The notes beneath the pieces were generated by a model that saw only the letters and a program-made list of their open reading frames with translations, was not told the origin of the DNA and searched no databases. From the NCBI GenBank assembly GCA_040905885.1, contig JBBDQR010000157.1:8563-72562 (forward strand): a DNA stretch of 64,000 nucleotides, in the 5' to 3' direction. Each line of letters begins with the position of its first letter. Positions within the stretch are counted from its first letter, which is position 1. Made by a program: the position numbers and the translations under genes. Positions 8,707 through 16,941 of this stretch are shown one piece after another. Source of the stretch: Gaiellaceae bacterium (GTDB taxonomy: Bacteria > Actinomycetota > Thermoleophilia > Gaiellales > Gaiellaceae).

Positions 8707-9531
8707 TCAGATCTCCACGCCGTAGGCCTCCGTGAACGCCTCCTGGGCGTAGGCGAGCGAGGCGTAGGCGAAGCCCTTGTCGCCCCAGCGTGTGCCCCAG
8801 CTGTTCCGGACGATGAACCGGTCCGGCGTGTAACCGACGATCGCGACCGCGTGCCCGCCGCGCTTCGTCTTGGGCTGGTACTGGTCGAGGTTGCCGCCGT
8901 TGAAGGTGGCCTCGTCCCAGGTCCGGTCGACGTCGAGGCGCGTCAGGATCGGCCCCTTGGTCGCGAGCCACGAGCGCCAGTCCGAGAGGTTCGTATCGAG
9001 GTTGAAGTAGGCGAGGACCTTGCGCAGGGCGGCGATCGCGTAGAACGTCTTCGCCTCCTTGGGATAGAGCTTGCCCGAGGCGAAGGGAAGGGTGCTGTCG
9101 CGGACGACGCCGAACTTGCGCGCGATGTCGAGCGCCGTCTTCAGGCTCGTTCCCTCCGTCTCGATGAACGTCGTCGGACGCGTGATGAACGGATCGGTCT
9201 CCTTTGCGGCCATCCAGATGAAGCGCGGCGAGAGCAAAGCGCTCTCGGGCAGGCGCTTCGCCTTGACGAAGTGCCAGCGCAGCACCGAGTCGGCGGTCGC
9301 CCAGCCGACGCAGGAGCCGGTCGTCCCCTGGTCGCCGATCCTCCACCACGAGGCCCGCAGGTCCTTCGAGGCCGGGATCGGAGGCGCGGCGGCGACGAGG
9401 TCCGCCTCCTCCGCGGTCTCGTAGGTCCAGTCCTGCTCGGGCTTCGGCGATGGCCTGCAGTTGAGGATCCGCTTCGGCTGCGGGGGCCGACGCTTCGGTT
9501 GCCGTTTGGTCGTCCGTCGTGCGCGTGCCAT
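8707..9531 (-). CDS. papain-like (C1 family) cysteine peptidase, no signal peptide, very basic N-terminus
   Basis: QGTTGSCVGWA (Gln/Cys), GGHAVAIVGY (His) and VRNSWGTRWGDKGF (Asn-Ser-Trp) motifs. ATG at 9531 is preceded by AGAGGAGG. The upstream part of ORF 8707..9948 overlaps the real lipoprotein gene and was rejected. Confidence 0.85.
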   Translation of the reverse strand: MARARRTTKRQPKRRPPQPKRILNCRPSPKPEQDWTYETAEEADLVAAAPPIPASKDLRASWWRIGDQGTTGSCVGWATADSVLRWHFVKAKRLPESALLSPRFIWMAAKETDPFITRPTTFIETEGTSLKTALDIARKFGVVRDSTLPFASGKLYPKEAKTFYAIAALRKVLAYFNLDTNLSDWRSWLATKGPILTRLDVDRTWDEATFNGGNLDQYQPKTKRGGHAVAIVGYTPDRFIVRNSWGTRWGDKGFAYASLAYAQEAFTEAYGVEI

Positions 9532-9551
9532 CTCGTACCTCCTCTTTGTCC

Positions 9552-10604
9552 CTAGGGCGAAGTGGTTTCGGTCGAATCGGTCGACGTCTCCGTCGACGTC
9601 GTCTCCTCCTCCTCGGGGAACGCGAACGGCGTGTAGACGAGCGTCACCTCCGGCCCGAACGCCTCGCGCAGCCCCGCGAACGTCGCCAGGAGATCCGAGA
9701 ACGACCCGACGCCGACGACCGTGTCGCCCGCCTGGACGAACTGGCGCCGACGCTCGCCGCCGAGCTCCGCCGTCGTGACCAGTCGGATGTGCTGGACGAG
9801 GTTCCGCTCCTTGAGGACGCCAGCCTGGGCCTCCGTCTCGGTGACGACGCTTCCGCTCCTGGCGGCTCGCCTCGTGAGTGCGGGGAGCTCCCCGGGGGGA
9901 AGCGTGACGATGCCGAGCTTCAGCGTCTGCAGCAGCTCCGGCTCCCACTCCTCCAGCTGGTACTCGACGACCTCCAGCGGCTGGGCGACCGAGACGACTC
10001 CGGCGGCTTCTGGACCGTTCGCGGAGAGCTCGCGCCAGCCGATATCCGGATCGGCCGTCGAGAGCACCCGGACAGTCCCTTCGTGGACCCTGACCGTGGT
10101 GTTGTCGCCGCCGGCGATCAGGGTGAAGAGGGTGCCGGTGACCTCGATCTCGGCTCCCGGCGCCTCGAGGCGGATCGTCTCGCCGCCGGTCTCGGCGTCG
10201 CAGGCGATCGCCCCGGCGAGCAGCCGGAGCGCGGTGGCGGCATCCGGCCGGATCAGCACGGCGGCTTCGGGTCGCAACTTGCAGCCCGCGATCTCGCGCG
10301 TGTCGAACTCGAGCGTGCCTCCCGGCCCGGTCGACAGGCGGTCGGCGCGGAAGATGGTCTCCTGGCGCAGGACCGGCCCGCAGTCCCGCTGCACCACCTC
10401 CAGGTAGCCGGTGATCACCCCCTCCTCCTCGACGCAGCGCTCGACCTCGGTGCTGGTCGTGCCGGTCTCGGTGGTCGCCGTGCTCGTTCCCGTCGTCGTC
10501 CCGGTGTCCCCGCCGGTCTGCGTGCCGGCCTCGGGGCCGCCCCCGCCGCAGCCGGAGCTCGCCAGAAGGATGGCGGCGAACAGGAGCACGGCCCCCGAGG
10601 GCAT
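9552..10604 (-). CDS. FecR-domain lipoprotein with Thr-rich N-terminal linker and acidic Ser/Thr/Glu-rich C-terminal tail
   Basis: Lipobox LLASSGC after a hydrophobic N-terminus. IEVTGTLFTLIAGGDNTTVRVHEGTVRV is FecR-like. The ATG shares one base with the upstream stop (TGATG at 10602-10606). Confidence 0.75.
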   Translation of the reverse strand: MPSGAVLLFAAILLASSGCGGGGPEAGTQTGGDTGTTTGTSTATTETGTTSTEVERCVEEEGVITGYLEVVQRDCGPVLRQETIFRADRLSTGPGGTLEFDTREIAGCKLRPEAAVLIRPDAATALRLLAGAIACDAETGGETIRLEAPGAEIEVTGTLFTLIAGGDNTTVRVHEGTVRVLSTADPDIGWRELSANGPEAAGVVSVAQPLEVVEYQLEEWEPELLQTLKLGIVTLPPGELPALTRRAARSGSVVTETEAQAGVLKERNLVQHIRLVTTAELGGERRRQFVQAGDTVVGVGSFSDLLATFAGLREAFGPEVTLVYTPFAFPEEEETTSTETSTDSTETTSP

Positions 10605-12061
10605 CAGAAGATCCCCTCGATCAGCTCGCGCGAGACGGGCCAGACGTTGCCCGCGTTGAGAACGAAGGTGACGATCAGGAGCTTGAAGACGAGGTACTCG
10701 GCCACGCTCCAGGCGCCGTCGGGAGGGCGCAGCCGGAGGAGCGCCCCGGCGGTCTCGCCGAGATCCTGGGCGGCGCCGCGTAAACGCGCGGCCTCACTTG
10801 GCCGCGTCGGTCGGCGCCTCGCCCAGCGCACGCCGGCACCGAGGGCGAGGAGGCCGGCGATCGCGATCAGCTGGTGGTAGGGGCGCACGCCGTAGCCCCA
10901 GACGCCGTAGTTGAACGAGAGGTCGAGGCTCCGCCCCAGCGGCCCCTTGCGCTCGCGGGCGATCGTCAGCCGCCGCACGCGCGCGTCGTTGGCGGTCTCG
11001 AGGTCGTCCGCGGCGCGCGCGCCCCGCTCGAGGAGGGCGAGCGCGGCCTCCTGCGCGGGCCGGTCGTCGTCTCCCGGGCCGTCGACGAGCGCCGCGTCGT
11101 CGAGATCGAGCCGGAGCGACCGAATCCGGCCGCCGCTCTCCCGGCCGAACGGCAGGCGCAGCCGCTCGAACCGGGCGCCCTGGAGATCGAGCTCGGCCAC
11201 GTCCGCCTGGTCGAAGCTCACGGACCCTTCGACGAGCGCGTCGGAGAAGGAGACGGGCCCGAGGAAGCGGACGGTCGAGAAGTCGACGTCCCCGCGGAGC
11301 CGCACGTCCTGGAAGCTCAGGTCGCCTGACGACGTGGCCCGCGAGAACCGGGCCGGCCCGGCCACGTCGGCGAGGAAGAAGGTCGCCCCGTCCTCGAAGG
11401 AGGCACGGTGGAAGTCCAGCGACGGGTCGGCGCCGGAGCCGTCGAAGCTCGCCGCCGCGAAGTCGACCCGCTCGACGAAGCGAGCGCCGGCGAAGCGCCC
11501 CGCGCCGGCCACCTCGACGGTCGAGAAGTCCGCGAACGATCCGAACTCGGCGCTCGCGAAGCTGACGCCGTCGCCGAAGATCGCGCCGGCGAACGAGCCG
11601 CTGCCGTGGAACTCGGCCCCGGAGAAGTCGGCCGCCCCCTCGAAGCGGGCCCCGTCGAAGCGGGCGGCCTCGTCGAAGACCGCCAGCGCGAGGTCGGCGG
11701 CGCCGAGCTGGGCGCGCGCGAAGGTGACGGGGGCGCCGAAGCGGGCGCCGGCCAGGTCGAGCCGCCCTCGGATCTCGCTCTCCGAGAGGTCGACCACGTG
11801 GGAGAAGGAGCGGTGTGCGCCCTGAATGCCGCCGAGCAGGCGCGACCGGCGCAGCACGAGCGGCACGTCCAGGGCCGGCGGCAGCCGCAGAGCGCCCCTG
11901 ACCTCGACCCCGGTGAGCACGACGGGGCGCCCGGCGGCGAGCGCGGCGACCAGATCGGCTGCGTCCACCGCGCGAGGGCGCGCCGGAACTGCGGCCTCTG
12001 CGCCGCCCGCGAGGACGAGCGGCAGGACCAGGGCCGCGACGCAGGCGTGGCTCTGTCTCAA
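10604..12061 (-). CDS. pentapeptide-repeat protein with N-terminal signal-like segment and two C-terminal TM helices
   Basis: Long run of A(D/N)LxG-type pentapeptides (GARFEGAADFSGAEFHGSGSFAGAIFGDGVSFASAEF...). I prefer TTG at 12061 (GGGAG 9 nt upstream) to the ORF-track start at 12121, which overlaps the NlpC/P60 gene. Confidence 0.8.
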   Translation of the reverse strand: MRQSHACVAALVLPLVLAGGAEAAVPARPRAVDAADLVAALAAGRPVVLTGVEVRGALRLPPALDVPLVLRRSRLLGGIQGAHRSFSHVVDLSESEIRGRLDLAGARFGAPVTFARAQLGAADLALAVFDEAARFDGARFEGAADFSGAEFHGSGSFAGAIFGDGVSFASAEFGSFADFSTVEVAGAGRFAGARFVERVDFAAASFDGSGADPSLDFHRASFEDGATFFLADVAGPARFSRATSSGDLSFQDVRLRGDVDFSTVRFLGPVSFSDALVEGSVSFDQADVAELDLQGARFERLRLPFGRESGGRIRSLRLDLDDAALVDGPGDDDRPAQEAALALLERGARAADDLETANDARVRRLTIARERKGPLGRSLDLSFNYGVWGYGVRPYHQLIAIAGLLALGAGVRWARRRPTRPSEAARLRGAAQDLGETAGALLRLRPPDGAWSVAEYLVFKLLIVTFVLNAGNVWPVSRELIEGIF

Positions 12062-12086
12062 CGTAAACGGCTCCCGTCGCGCGGCC

Positions 12087-12809
12087 CTATGGCAGATAGG
12101 TCCTGATCTGCCGGCGCCCACCGAGCGAGCCGCGGCTGTAGTCGATCGGGAAGAGCTGCGGGCCGCTCTCCTGACCGTGGCTGATCACCTTGCCGTTGCC
12201 CACGTAGAGCGTCACGTGGTTGATGTCGCCGTGGCTGTGCCCGTAGAAGACGAGGTCTCCCGGCTTCGCCCGGGTCGTCTCGCGTCCCTGGCCGATCTGT
12301 GTCCCCGTGTAGCCGAAGCCGTTGTACCCGAGCCCGTTCGGGTCGGGCGCCCCGGCGGCGAAGTAGCACCACGTCACAAAGGACGAGCAGTCCTCGAACT
12401 CCGGAAAGGACGGCGGCAGGAGACGCCGGCGGACGCCCTCCATGCGCTGCGAGCTCTGCGTGTAGCGGATCCGCTCGCGGTTCGCGTAGCCGCAGTGCGC
12501 AGCCGCCACGATCTTCTGCCGGGTCGTGGTGGCCTCCTCGCCCGCCTTTGCAGCCCGCTCGAGCAGCAAGCGGCTGAACGCGTCGAAGTGGGGCGCGAGC
12601 GCGGCATAGGTGTCCTTCCCGACCTCGCCGTCGATGTCCGGGAGCCCGCGCGCCCGCTGGAACTCCTTGACCTGGGCCTCCAGCCCGGCGTCGAAGACGT
12701 TCGTGATCTTGTCCGCCTTGGGCCTGAACCCGGCCTTGCGCAGCGCCCGCTGAACCGCGCGGACGTCGCGGCCCTTGGAGCCGATCTTCAGCAGCCGCGG
12801 CTCAGCCAT
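12087..12809 (-). CDS. peptidoglycan-binding domain + NlpC/P60 (C40) cysteine peptidase, no signal peptide
   Basis: LKIGSKGRDVRAVQRALRKAGF (PG_binding_1-like). DCSSFVTWCY (Cys) and HVTLYVGNGKVISHG (His). Start ATG at 12809 (alternative ATG at 12848). Confidence 0.85.
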   Translation of the reverse strand: MAEPRLLKIGSKGRDVRAVQRALRKAGFRPKADKITNVFDAGLEAQVKEFQRARGLPDIDGEVGKDTYAALAPHFDAFSRLLLERAAKAGEEATTTRQKIVAAAHCGYANRERIRYTQSSQRMEGVRRRLLPPSFPEFEDCSSFVTWCYFAAGAPDPNGLGYNGFGYTGTQIGQGRETTRAKPGDLVFYGHSHGDINHVTLYVGNGKVISHGQESGPQLFPIDYSRGSLGGRRQIRTYLP

Positions 12810-12978
12810 CCTGGTCACCGGGGACGGCCGGGGCATGGGTCTCGGCATGCACGCTGTCGTCGCCCTCCCCCTCGGGAGGCGGGTCCTCCCGGGCCGGGGC
12901 GAACGGGTCGAACTCGTCCTCGTCGCCGACGAGCGGGATCGGCTCGAGCAGGGCCTTGATCCGGTCCCTCAGGGTCAT
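12802..12978 (-). CDS. 58-aa highly acidic small protein (below the ORF-track length cutoff)
   Basis: ATG 12978...TGA 12802-12804. Translation: MTLRDRIKALLEPIPLVGDEDEFDPFAPAREDPPPEGEGDDSVHAETHAPAVPGDQDG. Almost every codon ends in G/C. Its stop overlaps the NlpC/P60 ATG (ATGGCTGA). No clear SD. Confidence 0.45.
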   Translation of the reverse strand: MTLRDRIKALLEPIPLVGDEDEFDPFAPAREDPPPEGEGDDSVHAETHAPAVPGDQDG

Positions 12979-13104
12979 GACCGCGCCCGCGCCGCAGGAG
13001 TGAGCTCGCCGTTCGTCACTCCACGCTCCTCGATTTGGTCCTTCCGCGCCTCACAGTTGCACGCCCGCGCGGCCAAGTCAATCCGCCGGGCCCGGCGCCC
13101 TCGG

Positions 13105-13133
13105 TTGACCGTCGCCGCGGATCGCCGTAGATT
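13105..13133 (+). promoter_or_regulatory. sigma-70/SigA-type promoter, TTGACC-17nt-TAGATT, 7 nt upstream of GTG 13141 (leaderless transcript predicted)
   Basis: tcggTTGACCgtcgccgcggatcgccgTAGATTgagagacGTG read directly. Confidence 0.6.
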
Positions 13134-13140
13134 GAGAGAC

Positions 13141-15516
13141 GTGGGGGGAGCCGCCGAAACTCGCTCGGCCGAGCGCCCGATCCAGCCGCGCGTCCGTCTC
13201 TCGTCGCCGCTGGACGCGCTGAAGCCGCACTACGACGTCGTCGTCGTCGGCTCGGGGTACGGGGGCTCGATCGCCGCCTCCCGGATGGCGCGGGCCGGCC
13301 GCACGGTCTGCCTGCTCGAGCGCGGCCGAGAGCTCCAACCCGGCGAGTATCCCGACTCGGCGGCCGAGTCGTTCCACGAGTTCCAGATCGACACCAAGGA
13401 GCGGCACTTCGGCCGTGCCGACGGCCTCTTCGACATGCGGGTCAACGACGACATGAACGTCCTCGTCGGCTGCGGTCTCGGGGGCACGTCGCTCGTGAAC
13501 GCGAACGTGGCCCTCCCCGCTGAGGCGAGGGTCTGGGAGGACGAGCGCTGGCCGCAGGCGCTCCGCGACGACCGCGCCGGACTGGACGAGGGCTACCGGC
13601 GCGCGACCGAGATGCTGAAGCCGGCGCCGTTCCCGCAGGAGCTCGCCCCGCTGCCGAAGCTCGCAGCGCTCGAGGCGGCCGCCGCCGCCATGGATGCGCG
13701 CTTCTACCGGCCGCCGATCAACGTCACCTACAAGGACGGGACGAACCACGTGGGCGTCTACCAGCAGGCGTGCCACCTGTGCGGCGACTGCGTCTCGGGC
13801 TGCAACTACGGAGCCAAGAACACGACCCTGATGAACTACCTCCCCGACGCCCGCAACCACGGGGCCGAGCTGTTCACGCAGGTCAGGGTCGATCGCGTCG
13901 ACCGCCGCGACGGGCGCTGGGTCGTCTACTTCCGCCCGGTCGGCTCCGGGCGCGAGGCCTTCGACGCGCCGCCGATGTTCGTCACGGCGGACATCGTCAT
14001 GCTCGGCGCCGGCGCGCTCGGATCGACCGAGATCCTGCTCCGCTCGCGCGCAGCCGGCCTCCCGCTCTCGGACGTTCTCGGCCACCGCTTCACAGGAAAC
14101 GGCGACGTGCTCGGCTTCGGCTACAACTGCGACCGGCCGATCAACGGCATCGGCTTCGGCGACCACGCCGTCGGCGAGCTGCCGCCCGTCGGCCCCTGCA
14201 TCACCGGGATCATCGACCTGCGCGAGCAGCCCGTGCTCGAGGAGGGGATGGTGATCGAGGAGGGAGTCGTCCCGGGCGGCCTCTCGCCCGTGCTCGCGCG
14301 CGTCTTCGAGATCGCGGCGGCGCTCGTCGGCAAGGACACGGACGACGGCGTGGCGGACTTCTTCCGGGAGCGCGCGCGGGAGATCCAGATGATGGTCCAG
14401 GGCCCGTACCGCGGCGCGCTCCAGAACACGATCACGTTCCTGGTGATGGGTCACGACGACGGCGAGGGTCGCCTCGTGCTCGACGACGGGCGGGTACGGG
14501 TCGAGTGGCCCGGGGTCGGATCGCAGCCGATCTTCCAGCGGGTGGCCGAGCGCCTGACCGAGGCGACGGCCGCGCTCGGCGGCGAGTTCGTCAAGAACCC
14601 GATCTGGAGCAAGCTCCTCCACCACGACCTCGTCACCGTGCACCCGCTCGGGGGCTGCCCGATGGGCGAGGACGCCGCCGGCGGCGTGGTGGACGCCGAC
14701 GGGCGGGTGTTCGCGGGCGGCGACGGCTCGGCCGTGCACGAGGGGCTCTACGTCTGCGACGGCGCGATCGTGCCCCGGCCGCTCGGGGTCAACCCGCTCC
14801 TGACGATCTCCGCGCTGGCCGAGCGGATCTGCGACCGCATGGCGGCGCGGCACGGCTGGACGATCGACTACGGCCTCGCGTACGCGCCGCCGCGGCAGGC
14901 GCAGGAGCCCGTGAAGCCCGGGATCCAGTTCACCGAGACGATGCGCGGGTTCTTCGCCGCGGGCGCGACGGGCGCCTACGAGGATGCCGAGCGCCGGGGC
15001 CGCGAAGAGGATTCGCCGTTCGAGTTCACGCTCACGATCGTCTCCGACGACCTCGAGCGGATGCTCGAGGAGCAGGAGCATGCGGCCCGCATCTTCGGCA
15101 CCGTGAAGGCTCCGGCGCTCTCACCGAGCCCGCTGACGGTGACCGACGGCGTCTTCAACCTGTTCGTGACCGACCCCGCGGAGCCCGACCGGAGGCTGAT
15201 GCGCTACCGGATGGGGCTCGCGGCGGAGGACGGGAAGCGCTACTTCTTCGACGGCTTCAAGCGGATCGAGGACGACCCCGGCCTCGACATGTGGGCGGAC
15301 ACGACGACGCTCTACATCACCGTCCACGAGGGCGGGGACGACACCGGGCCCGTGGCCGGCAAGGGCGTCCTCCACATCCACCCGCGGGACTTCATGCGCC
15401 AGATGACGACGATGCGGGTCAGGAACGCGCTCTCGGCGCGGCAGCAGCTCGCGCTCTCGGGACGGTTCAGCGCCCTCTTCACCGGCTCGCTGCACGACGT
15501 CTACGGCCTGGGCTAG
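13141..15516 (+). CDS. GMC-family FAD oxidoreductase (cholesterol-oxidase-like) with about 230-aa C-terminal extension of unknown function
   Basis: YDVVVVGSGYGGSIAASRMA (FAD GxGxxG). VGCGLGGTSLVNANV. HPLGGCPMGED...GLYVCDGAIVP (GMC C-terminal). The ORF-track start at 12775 was rejected because it runs antisense through the neighbouring genes. An in-frame TTG at 13132 is an alternative start. Confidence 0.85.
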   Translation: MGGAAETRSAERPIQPRVRLSSPLDALKPHYDVVVVGSGYGGSIAASRMARAGRTVCLLERGRELQPGEYPDSAAESFHEFQIDTKERHFGRADGLFDMRVNDDMNVLVGCGLGGTSLVNANVALPAEARVWEDERWPQALRDDRAGLDEGYRRATEMLKPAPFPQELAPLPKLAALEAAAAAMDARFYRPPINVTYKDGTNHVGVYQQACHLCGDCVSGCNYGAKNTTLMNYLPDARNHGAELFTQVRVDRVDRRDGRWVVYFRPVGSGREAFDAPPMFVTADIVMLGAGALGSTEILLRSRAAGLPLSDVLGHRFTGNGDVLGFGYNCDRPINGIGFGDHAVGELPPVGPCITGIIDLREQPVLEEGMVIEEGVVPGGLSPVLARVFEIAAALVGKDTDDGVADFFRERAREIQMMVQGPYRGALQNTITFLVMGHDDGEGRLVLDDGRVRVEWPGVGSQPIFQRVAERLTEATAALGGEFVKNPIWSKLLHHDLVTVHPLGGCPMGEDAAGGVVDADGRVFAGGDGSAVHEGLYVCDGAIVPRPLGVNPLLTISALAERICDRMAARHGWTIDYGLAYAPPRQAQEPVKPGIQFTETMRGFFAAGATGAYEDAERRGREEDSPFEFTLTIVSDDLERMLEEQEHAARIFGTVKAPALSPSPLTVTDGVFNLFVTDPAEPDRRLMRYRMGLAAEDGKRYFFDGFKRIEDDPGLDMWADTTTLYITVHEGGDDTGPVAGKGVLHIHPRDFMRQMTTMRVRNALSARQQLALSGRFSALFTGSLHDVYGLG

Positions 15517-16735
15517 CCAGTAGCCACCCGAAACGGAGCACGGCTGCGAGTCGCCGGCGTAGCGGGTACGGGCCCGTCGCCTGCAAGGTCCACAGGAAGC
15601 GGACCGCGTCGCGGAGGCCGCCCTCGAGGATCACGCGATCGCCGTCCACGTCGAGCTCGTAGACCCGGCGCCTCCCCTCCAGGCGGAACTGCCCGCCCCG
15701 TGCGATCCGCCCGTCGTCGAGGACGCCGACCGCCTCCGCCGTCCGCTCGTCGCGGAACCGCGCGAGATCCCGCACGTCCACGCGGACGCTCCCGCCGCGC
15801 AGCCGGCGCGCGAAGGCGACGCCGAGCGCCGGGTCGCGCATCCGCGTCGCCGACTCGTCCCACGGCACGCCCCCCTCCGGCCGGCGGGCGAGGTACGCCT
15901 TCGCGTCGCGGTAGCCCATCGCCACCAGCGCGTCCGCGTCGACGCGGCCGAGGTAGAAGTCCGGGTCGAGCGGGAGGGGGAACTCCGGCTTGATCACGTG
16001 CAGCCGCGGCAGGGGGTCGGTGCGCGCGCGCAGGTGCGCGAGCTCCTCGAAGAGGCCGCCGTTCGCGCTCAGCTCGATCATGTGCACGTACTGGTCGAAT
16101 GCGCCGGGCCGGTACGTGCTCGAGTTGCCGATGCACCAGACGAGCCAGAGCTCCTCGCAGCCGCGCCGCACGGCCTCACTCGGGTTCGCGTCCTTGATCC
16201 ACACCGAGTCGACGAAGAGCCGTCCGTCGCGCTGCACGGGAGGCATGAAGATCGGCAACGTGATCCCCGCGACGAGCAGGTCGAGGTCGATCTCGGTGTG
16301 CGGGACGGCGACGTTCGTCTTCGCCGCGAAGTCGCAGACGTTGAACGTGCCCTCGATGCCGCGGGCGGCGCGGATCCGGTCGACGTCCACGCCGAGGTGC
16401 GGGAAGACGCGCTCCACGATCCCGTCGGCGTCGCCGAAGGCCATCAGCTTCGGACCGCGGAGGTAGCGGCGCAGCGGCAGGAGCGAGACGAAGTCGCGCA
16501 CGCGCAGCGTCCGCCAGCGCTCGCACATCTCGGCCGGCTCGATGCCCGACAGCAGCATCGCCAGGTTGATCGTCCCGCCCGAGGTGCCGTCCCCGTGGAC
16601 GAAGCGCAAGCCCTCCTCCTCGAGGGCGAGGAGGACACCGGCCTGGTAGGCCACGCGCATCCCGCCGCCGGCGAGGATCAGCGACCGCCGCGGACCCGGA
16701 GCGTCGCCTGCAGCGAGAGCGGGGACGTGCTCCAC
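15479..16735 (-). CDS. patatin-like phospholipase with C-terminal extension
   Basis: LILAGGGMRVAYQAGVL (oxyanion GGGxR), GTSGG nucleophile elbow. The 3' end overlaps the convergent GMC gene by 38 nt. Confidence 0.85.
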   Translation of the reverse strand: MEHVPALAAGDAPGPRRSLILAGGGMRVAYQAGVLLALEEEGLRFVHGDGTSGGTINLAMLLSGIEPAEMCERWRTLRVRDFVSLLPLRRYLRGPKLMAFGDADGIVERVFPHLGVDVDRIRAARGIEGTFNVCDFAAKTNVAVPHTEIDLDLLVAGITLPIFMPPVQRDGRLFVDSVWIKDANPSEAVRRGCEELWLVWCIGNSSTYRPGAFDQYVHMIELSANGGLFEELAHLRARTDPLPRLHVIKPEFPLPLDPDFYLGRVDADALVAMGYRDAKAYLARRPEGGVPWDESATRMRDPALGVAFARRLRGGSVRVDVRDLARFRDERTAEAVGVLDDGRIARGGQFRLEGRRRVYELDVDGDRVILEGGLRDAVRFLWTLQATGPYPLRRRLAAVLRFGWLLASPGRRRRAASR

Positions 16736-16879
16736 CTAGTGCCCCGTCCGGTAATGCCGCCGAGCTTCTGGGTCGCGAGCACCAAGCCAGAGGCCGCACT
16801 CGCCCGCCGTCAAGGTCGGACACCTTGGCATGGGGTTGGGTGTAAACTGGCGCCGTGTGATCGCGGGCCATAAAGGGGC

Positions 16880-16908
16880 CCCCACGAAGTGCGAAGCACT
16901 TCGTGGGG
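16880..16908 (-). terminator. intrinsic-terminator-like hairpin after the five-gene operon: 13-bp perfect stem, 3-nt loop
   Basis: CCCCACGAAGTGC-gaa-GCACTTCGTGGGG. On the minus strand it is followed by GCCCCTTTAT. It lies 34 nt downstream of the stop at 16942. Confidence 0.7.
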
Positions 16909-16941
16909 AAGAGATGCCGGCATGTATTGCTGGATGGGGCA

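Noticed and set aside
8390-10880. ORFs 8390..9349 (-), 8632..9555 (+), 9519..10880 (+) and 9721..10407 (+), which overlap the C1 peptidase and FecR lipoprotein genes.
   Set aside because: These are shadow frames rich in Arg/Pro/Gly. The overlapping frames contain catalytic C1 motifs and a lipobox/FecR motif respectively.
12775-13140. The 5' 366 nt of ORF 12775..15516 (the 913-aa version of the GMC oxidase).
   Set aside because: This part runs antisense through the NlpC/P60 start and the small acidic ORF. The FAD-binding fold begins just after 13141, which is preceded by a TTGACC-17-TAGATT promoter.
15479-16735. The patatin lipase together with the cNMP-binding protein and nucleotide cyclases was considered as a CBASS-like defence module.
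   Set aside because: There is no CD-NTase-like nucleotidyltransferase. The genes are tens of kb apart, and the patatin gene sits in a metabolic-looking cluster.
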